Shown piece after piece: positions 27,241 through 32,000 of a DNA stretch of 32,000 bases. Within the stretch, counting starts at the first letter, position 1. Every line of letters starts with the position of its first letter. The notes below the pieces were generated by a model, which was not told the DNA's origin, did no database searches, and saw only the letters and a program-made list of their open reading frames with translations. The translations under genes and the position numbers were made by a program. This DNA comes from Ignicoccus islandicus DSM 13165 (GTDB lineage Archaea; Thermoproteota; Thermoprotei_A; Sulfolobales; Ignicoccaceae): assembly GCF_001481685.1 (NCBI RefSeq), contig NZ_CP006867.1, positions 120,001 through 152,000 of the forward strand. Direction: 5' to 3'.

Positions 27241-28234
27241 CTGGGTATACCCCTCTCTTCATTACAACTCTTTTCGTCTTAACGACCCATCCCTTTTCCG
27301 CTTCTAAGATTTCCTTGGAGCTCATTAACGCCTCTCCTATAGCTACCAATTCTCCTTTCAGACTGAAAATGGCTACAACGTCGCCTTTCCTTATTCCATC
27401 CGTAAGGGCAGCTACTCCGGGAGCGGCTACGTGAGCTCCGTGGGCTATTGCGTCAACGGCACCGTCCATGACCATGACCTTCTGCATGTGACAAACGCTG
27501 TATTCACATGGCATTACGTACTTCCTCAATAGGCTGTCGTCCTTTTTCTCCTCCCATAAGAACTTGGCTTCGCTTAGCTCTTGCATGGTTACGAGGTTGT
27601 AACCCTCATGGAAGGGACCGCTTCTAGTTCTCCTCAACTCCCTCATATGGGCTCCAATGCCCATTAGCAAGCCCAAGTCGTGAGCAATCTTCCTCATATA
27701 GGTGCCGCTCTCTGAACCCACCCTAACCATAACCATTCTCCTTTCGGGATAGAATTCGATTAAGTGGATGTAGTAGACTTTCTTCGTTCTCAATTGCCTC
27801 TTGACACTGCTTCTGAGTGGAGGCCTTTGGTATATCTCGCCTACTAAGTACTTCAAGTTCTCTATAACGTCTTTCTCATTGAAGGCATCGTGGAATTGTA
27901 TTACCATTACGTACTCCTTGCCCGATAGCATAACGTAATGGATCACTTTAGTAGCCTCTTTGAACGCAACCGGTAGAACGCCGGTTACTTTAGGATCTAG
28001 AGTACCGCCATGGCCTGCCTTATCTAAATTAAACATTCTCTTTATCCATGCTACAACTTCGTGCGACGTGGGTCCCGGTGGTTTATCCAAGTTGACTACA
28101 CCGAGCTCTAACAGCTCTTCAGTTGTCCTTTCCCAAGGGTACTTTCCGTATCTAGGGTCAGTTTCCGATTCCTTCTTGATCAACCACTTCCCTTCGAAGT
28201 AGCACTTTTCGTGCATCTCGTTGAGCCATTGCAT
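27215..28234 (-). CDS. cbf5: tRNA/rRNA pseudouridine synthase Cbf5 (H/ACA RNP catalytic subunit)
   Basis: NLDKPPGPTSHEVVAWIK, AGHGGTLDPKVTGVLPV (catalytic Asp), QRPPLRSSVKR, AHMRELRRTRSG and a C-terminal PUA domain. The ORF stays open up to 28336, but the 34 extra residues have no counterpart in Cbf5. Starting at ATG 28234 gives a typical 339 aa. Confidence 0.9.
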   Translation of the reverse strand: MQWLNEMHEKCYFEGKWLIKKESETDPRYGKYPWERTTEELLELGVVNLDKPPGPTSHEVVAWIKRMFNLDKAGHGGTLDPKVTGVLPVAFKEATKVIHYVMLSGKEYVMVIQFHDAFNEKDVIENLKYLVGEIYQRPPLRSSVKRQLRTKKVYYIHLIEFYPERRMVMVRVGSESGTYMRKIAHDLGLLMGIGAHMRELRRTRSGPFHEGYNLVTMQELSEAKFLWEEKKDDSLLRKYVMPCEYSVCHMQKVMVMDGAVDAIAHGAHVAAPGVAALTDGIRKGDVVAIFSLKGELVAIGEALMSSKEILEAEKGWVVKTKRVVMKRGVYPATWKKDKA

Positions 28235-28336
28235 TGCTTCCTTCAATTCGATCAGTACCCGAGATGAGGGTAATGCGGACGAGGTTAAGAGGTATAGGAA
28301 ACGTCCCGCGTTACCTTGCAAAATCCTTGTCTTCAT

Positions 28337-28819
28337 TCACCATCCGATGGTGAATCCTCATCTCCACCTCTTGTCCAAATTCACTTTTCCATTTAATCAC
28401 AATCAATTCACTCATTTCCTCAACCTTAACCATTTGAATTCAGAATTAATGGTCTCCTTAAGCACCTTCAGTTTCTACCAGCCTTCCTAATTGTCAGTTC
28501 AATTTAAACCAAATCAATTAGCATTGTATTTGCAAAAGCAAACAAGATTTACCAATCCAGAGTTCAGACCATCAGTACAAGGTTCTTTCAAGATCGATCT
28601 TTACAATGAGAAGGAGCTTAGAGGGGTTAATAAGCGATCATGGGAACTCTGATGATCATGGGGATTTCTACTCCAGCCTACCTTATACAAGCATATTCAT
28701 GCATATATTGGACAACTAATTGAGTTCAAGTTCTGAAAGGGAAGGTGTGAATGTGGAAAGGCAAATGAGGGGAAAGGGTTAAAAGATGGGGAATTGATTG
28801 TTTAAATAGGAGGGCAACG
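28337..28819 (+). promoter_or_regulatory. CRISPR leader region
   Basis: About 480 nt of AT-rich non-coding sequence abut the perfectly conserved end of the array. TATA-like GTTAAAAG (28778-28786) and TTTAAATA (28801-28808) lie just before repeat 1. Confidence 0.5.
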
Positions 28820-29801
28820 GTAGAATCCCAATAGGGAGTGGAAAGAATCTGTAGACCTGCACTTCGCCGGTCCCGTCCCAGCAAAGCGTAGAATCCCAAT
28901 AGGGAGTGGAAAGCATGTTACTATTACTCACTCACGGTTTTAAACATTTCGCTTTGTAGAATCCCAATAGGGAGTGGAAAGTAATGAAGAGACTTTTACG
29001 TTCGATAGGTGCGTTCTGATGTTCAATGTAGAATCCCAATAGGGAGTGGAAAGCTGTCTTGGTGGCTTCAGTAAACCGAGCTTCCTCATCCTTTCCTGTA
29101 GAATCCCAATAGGGAGTGGAAAGAGGACGTCTTTCAGGATTTTCCTAAGTCTTTCTTCACCTCTGTAGAATCCCAATAGGGAGTGGAAAGTTGAACTTTA
29201 CCTCGATTACGTTCTCGAAATAGAGAGGCCTGTAGAATCCCAATAGGGAGTGGAAAGCGTAAATGGCTTCTGGCCTATCGACAGACCCGGAAGGGGTAGA
29301 ATCCCAATAGGGAGTGGAAAGCTTTCAGTCTTCTTGAAATCAAAGATACAGTCGTTCCTCATTATGTAGAATCCCAATAGGGAGTGGAAAGTCTGTTTTC
29401 GATAGTGATGGCATAGATCGGTTCGTACTCGTGTAGAATCCCAATAGGGAGTGGAAAGTTCAGAACGACTCTTTTCTTCGCTTCGCTTAATGTAGTAGAA
29501 TCCCAATAGGGAGTGGAAAGCTAATGGGTTATTCTTTATGTTTTCAGGAACAGGAAGCTTCAAGGTTTCTAGTGTAGAATCCCAATAGGGAGTGGAAAGG
29601 CTAGATAATATTTCGGTCTCCCCCTTCCTGGCTTCTTCACGTAGAGATCCAATAGGGAGTGGAAAGCTTCCTCGCCGATTTGGTCTGCGAACAATATGAA
29701 GGGGTTGTAGAGATCCAAGAGGGAGTGGAAAGTTAGTAGTTCGCTCGGTTCCATATTCGTTAATTTTAACTTCTTGTAGAGATCCAAGAGGGAGTGGAAA
29801 G
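28820..29801 (+). CRISPR. CRISPR array, 15 repeats of 26 nt (GTAGAATCCCAATAGGGAGTGGAAAG)
   Basis: Repeats start at 28820, 28888, 28956, 29028, 29098, 29165, 29232, 29296, 29366, 29433, 29495, 29574, 29641, 29707 and 29776. The 14 unique spacers are 36-53 nt long. The first 12 repeats are identical and the last 3 are variants. The orientation is called from the leader position, the decay at the right end and the 3' ...GGAAAG repeat end. Confidence 0.95.
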
Positions 29802-29860
29802 GAAATATTCCCCGCATTGGTTTCCTGACTTTCATTATGAGGTAAAAATTCAAAGATGAA

Positions 29861-29934
29861 ATAGAGATCTTTTCCTCAAACTCTATATTGTATTGGCATA
29901 ATTGCTACATAGAAATGGAACAAGGAATGGAAAG
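29861..29934 (+). repeat. Decayed trailer copies of the CRISPR repeat
   Basis: 29861-29886 (ATAGAGATC...) shares only its first about 9 nt with the variant repeat. 29909-29934 (ATAGAAATGGAACAAGGAATGGAAAG) matches the variant repeat at 19 of 26 positions. Confidence 0.4.
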
Positions 29935-30163
29935 TTGTAGAACAACTCATCAGCTAATATTCAAGTCAATGTTACGGAGAGAACATTCAATATCAATGAC
30001 GTAAGTACGCCCGTCTTTTCGGAAGCACCGATGTTTTTACTAGAAAGGTATCATGTAGTAAGTACTGGAAATAAGGGCAACCTCGCGCAAGTCTCCGTTC
30101 AACTAACTTTACCATGGATGAGAATAAATTGGAATACTAGGCGTTTTCGATGAGTAAACGTGG

Positions 30164-30265
30164 TGGGGCCGCCGCCGGGATTTGAACCCGGGACCTCGGG
30201 ATCTCCGCGGCCTCTCAGCCGGGCCTCCACAGTCCCGCGCTCTAACCAGCTGAGCTACGGCGGCC
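30164..30265 (-). tRNA. tRNA-His (anticodon GUG) with a 24-nt intron at 37/38, encoded G-1 and encoded CCA
   Basis: A cloverleaf was folded by hand: G-1; acceptor GCCGCCG/CGGCGGC; D arm GCTC-AGCTGGTTA-GAGC; anticodon stem CGGGA/TCCCG; loop CTGTGG|intron|A (GTG at 30230-30228; intron 30226-30203); variable loop AGGTC; T arm CCGGG-TTCAAAT-CCCGG; C73; CCA. Confidence 0.9.
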
Positions 30266-30676
30266 AGCTGAGGGCGGCGCCCCATTTACGGGTCTTTCGG
30301 AGTAAGATTAAAAAATTTAGTACCGATCCTCTTCGAAAAGCTGTAATAGAGATATATGAGGTGATGTGTGCGAAACGTTCCCCTAATCCTCTAGATATCC
30401 TATGTGTCACTGCGATTCTAGGCTCCGCGTAATATTCAGTCTTGGGGAGCATTGAATTCCATCAGTTCAATAACGGAAACTTTAGGTACTCTCAATGTTT
30501 AAGCACAAGGCATTGCGAGGCGTCTCGCTATCTATTTCATGGAAAGTCCTTAGCGAAGGATCGGCGCGCGAGGAAGGGTTACCGGTTCCCTTTTGTTACG
30601 CTTTTAACCATGTCAGATGGATTGAGTTGAACGGTAACAGATCTTGAGCCTTAGACTAGGTGGTAAGAAAGGGAGA

Positions 30677-32000
30677 ATGACGTTTCTAGATAAGAGTTCT
30701 TCCAAGGCGGGCTTATACTTGTTAGCGATAGTGGTAATAGGTTACTTGATAGCATCTGCTTCTATAGAATACGAGCAAGCTGTTGCCAAGACGTACGTTC
30801 TCTCTAGGGGTTCCAGCATCGAAAACGTTGCCGCCTTCGATCAAATCTTGAAGGAGAACAAGTACGTTGCAATAATGTTCAAGAGCACAACGTGTCCAGT
30901 CTGCAAGAAAATGTATCCTTACTGGCTCCAATTAGAGGCAATGAGCGATGGAAAGGTAAGATATTACGATGTAACTTTCTCTCCTAGCACGGAGCCCATA
31001 TTTAGGAGGTTTAACATAAACGACGTACCTACCTTCATGGTATTCAAAGACGGGAAGTTGGTTGGAAGACACATAGGAGGGTTCCCTGGGCCAGACGTAG
31101 CTACTCAAATGAAGAACTGGGTGTATTCGCGTCTAGGCCTCACGTCGTCTAAATTGGAAGCGGACTTGATGGAGTTCCAACTGGCTTGCGCCAGCTGCCA
31201 CGGCAGTCCAAAGGAAGTCTCTAAGGAAGCGGTAATTGAATGGATCAACGAGGTTCCCCCGGATCCAACTTCCGCCAAATTGAACGAGATGTTCAGGAAA
31301 GCCTTTGCATCAAATACAACGCTCTTTGAGCTTTACGGTAAGGAGAGAGTAGTTGAAGGCGTTAAGTCAATGAAGACGTTCGTACCGAACCTAGACGAAA
31401 AGGCTTCCGAACGCTACGCAGAGTTCCTTAACGAACTAAGCAAGGTGGCCTTGGGGAGGGAGACCAAAGGAAGCGAGGCCGAATTGAACGCTCCTCTAGA
31501 CGCTGGAGAGGCCAGCAAGTTAGAGGCCTCCGGTCTCCCAGCCAGCGCGCAATTGAGTTCGATACTTTCTTTCGTCGTTGGGTTAGCTACCGGACTAGCG
31601 GCCGCTCTCTCGCCTTGCGTCTTCCCGTTGTTCGTCACTCACGTCACCAGCAGCCTAAGGAGGTCTGAAAGCAACGTTAGCAAGTCCTTGGGATGTGGCG
31701 CGCTGGCGGCCCTAGGAGTGGTTGCGCTAGGCGCGCTATTCCTATTGTTCTCGAACGCCGTTCTAGCCGTTCAAAAAATCCTTCTCCCGGTAGTGGGAGG
31801 CGCTATAGTAATAGCTGGCTTAGCGAGTTTGCTTGACGTACCAATGGAAATTAGCAGCGCCAAGGTAGGCAAGAAGAGCGACTTCGCTTTCTGTGCGCTT
31901 TACGGCTTCCTATCAGTGCAATGTAACTTGCCTCTAGTAATAGGAGCTCTGTTACTAATAGCAACTACAGGTGGAGTAAGTACCTTAGCCGGATTCGCGT
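30677..32000 (+). CDS. Fusion protein: membrane anchor + thioredoxin domain (CPVC) + class-I cytochrome c-like domain (CASCH) + CcdA/DsbD-like transmembrane domain; 3' end truncated by the window
   Basis: Hand-translated open frame from ATG 30677 to the window end, absent from the ORF track because it has no stop. TM anchor LYLLAIVVIGYLIA; Trx motif TCPVCKKMYPYW (30893-30904); ACASCHG (31187-31201); then, about 60 aa later, SMKTFVPNLDEKASERYAEFLNEL. After that come TM helices with the LSPCVFPLF CcdA-type motif. Confidence 0.75.
   Translation, partial: MTFLDKSSSKAGLYLLAIVVIGYLIASASIEYEQAVAKTYVLSRGSSIENVAAFDQILKENKYVAIMFKSTTCPVCKKMYPYWLQLEAMSDGKVRYYDVTFSPSTEPIFRRFNINDVPTFMVFKDGKLVGRHIGGFPGPDVATQMKNWVYSRLGLTSSKLEADLMEFQLACASCHGSPKEVSKEAVIEWINEVPPDPTSAKLNEMFRKAFASNTTLFELYGKERVVEGVKSMKTFVPNLDEKASERYAEFLNELSKVALGRETKGSEAELNAPLDAGEASKLEASGLPASAQLSSILSFVVGLATGLAAALSPCVFPLFVTHVTSSLRRSESNVSKSLGCGALAALGVVALGALFLLFSNAVLAVQKILLPVVGGAIVIAGLASLLDVPMEISSAKVGKKSDFAFCALYGFLSVQCNLPLVIGALLLIATTGGVSTLAGFA

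Noticed and set aside
28650-28736. UGAUGA (28650-28655) and CUGA (28733-28736) in the CRISPR leader as a possible C/D box sRNA
   Set aside because: The boxes are about 78 nt apart. There is no D'/C' pair at the right spacing and no terminal stem, which is most likely chance in AT-rich sequence.
28753-28760. GTGGAAAG in the leader, identical to the last 8 nt of the CRISPR repeat, as a possible eroded leader-proximal repeat
   Set aside because: The preceding 18 nt show no similarity to the repeat. The region is generally rich in GGAAAG-like purine runs.
28940-29853. Three minus-strand ORFs (28940-29176, 29207-29563, 29569-29853) with internally repeated peptides (STPYWDST, FHSLLGFY, FPLPIGIL)
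   Set aside because: They lie entirely inside the CRISPR array. The repeated peptides are translations of the 26-nt repeat in different frames, so these are not genes.
30160-30452. ORFs 30160-30432 (+) and 30255-30452 (-)
   Set aside because: The first is a translation across the tRNA-His gene and its GC-rich stems. The second is a low-complexity read of the flanking intergenic region with no motif or start context.
30515-30590. Short hairpins (GCGAG-GCGT-CTCGC at 30515-30528; AAGGG...CCCTT followed by TTTTG near 30566-30590) upstream of the Trx-cytochrome c-CcdA gene, as a possible ncRNA or riboswitch
   Set aside because: The stems are only 5 bp, no recognisable RNA family motif is present, and conservation cannot be tested. 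They could simply be 5' UTR or terminator-like structure.

Overview
This is a densely coding archaeal chromosomal window. Its markers are typical of a (hyper)thermophilic crenarchaeote: fructose-1,6-bisphosphate aldolase/phosphatase, glycerol-1-phosphate dehydrogenase, Cbf5, AGOG glycosylase, ThyX, an aKMT-like methyltransferase, an intron-containing tRNA, and AT-rich TATA boxes close to start codons.

Main blocks:
1. 1.7-4.4 kb: a Tfx-family regulator followed by a ModABC-type molybdate/tungstate importer.
2. 4.4-12.1 kb: a respiratory island. It holds a secreted CxxCH protein and a five-gene minus-strand operon encoding an NrfD-like anchor, a molybdopterin catalytic subunit, a 4Fe-4S subunit, a Tat-signal NapG-like ferredoxin and an enlarged NapH-like membrane polyferredoxin.
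3. 12.3-28.3 kb: housekeeping and genome-maintenance genes, two operon-like pairs of uncharacterised membrane or surface proteins, and a candidate C/D box sRNA.
4. 28.8-29.9 kb: a 15-repeat CRISPR array with a leader, decayed trailer repeats and no cas genes in the window.
5. 30.16-30.27 kb: tRNA-His(GUG) with a canonical-position intron.
6. 30.68 kb to the window end: a thioredoxin / class-I cytochrome c-like / CcdA-DsbD-like fusion protein.

The most unusual content is the combination of a Tat-less molybdoenzyme with a NapGH-like module, plus two extracytoplasmic CxxCH proteins. All functional calls come from motif recognition by eye, and no database search was run.
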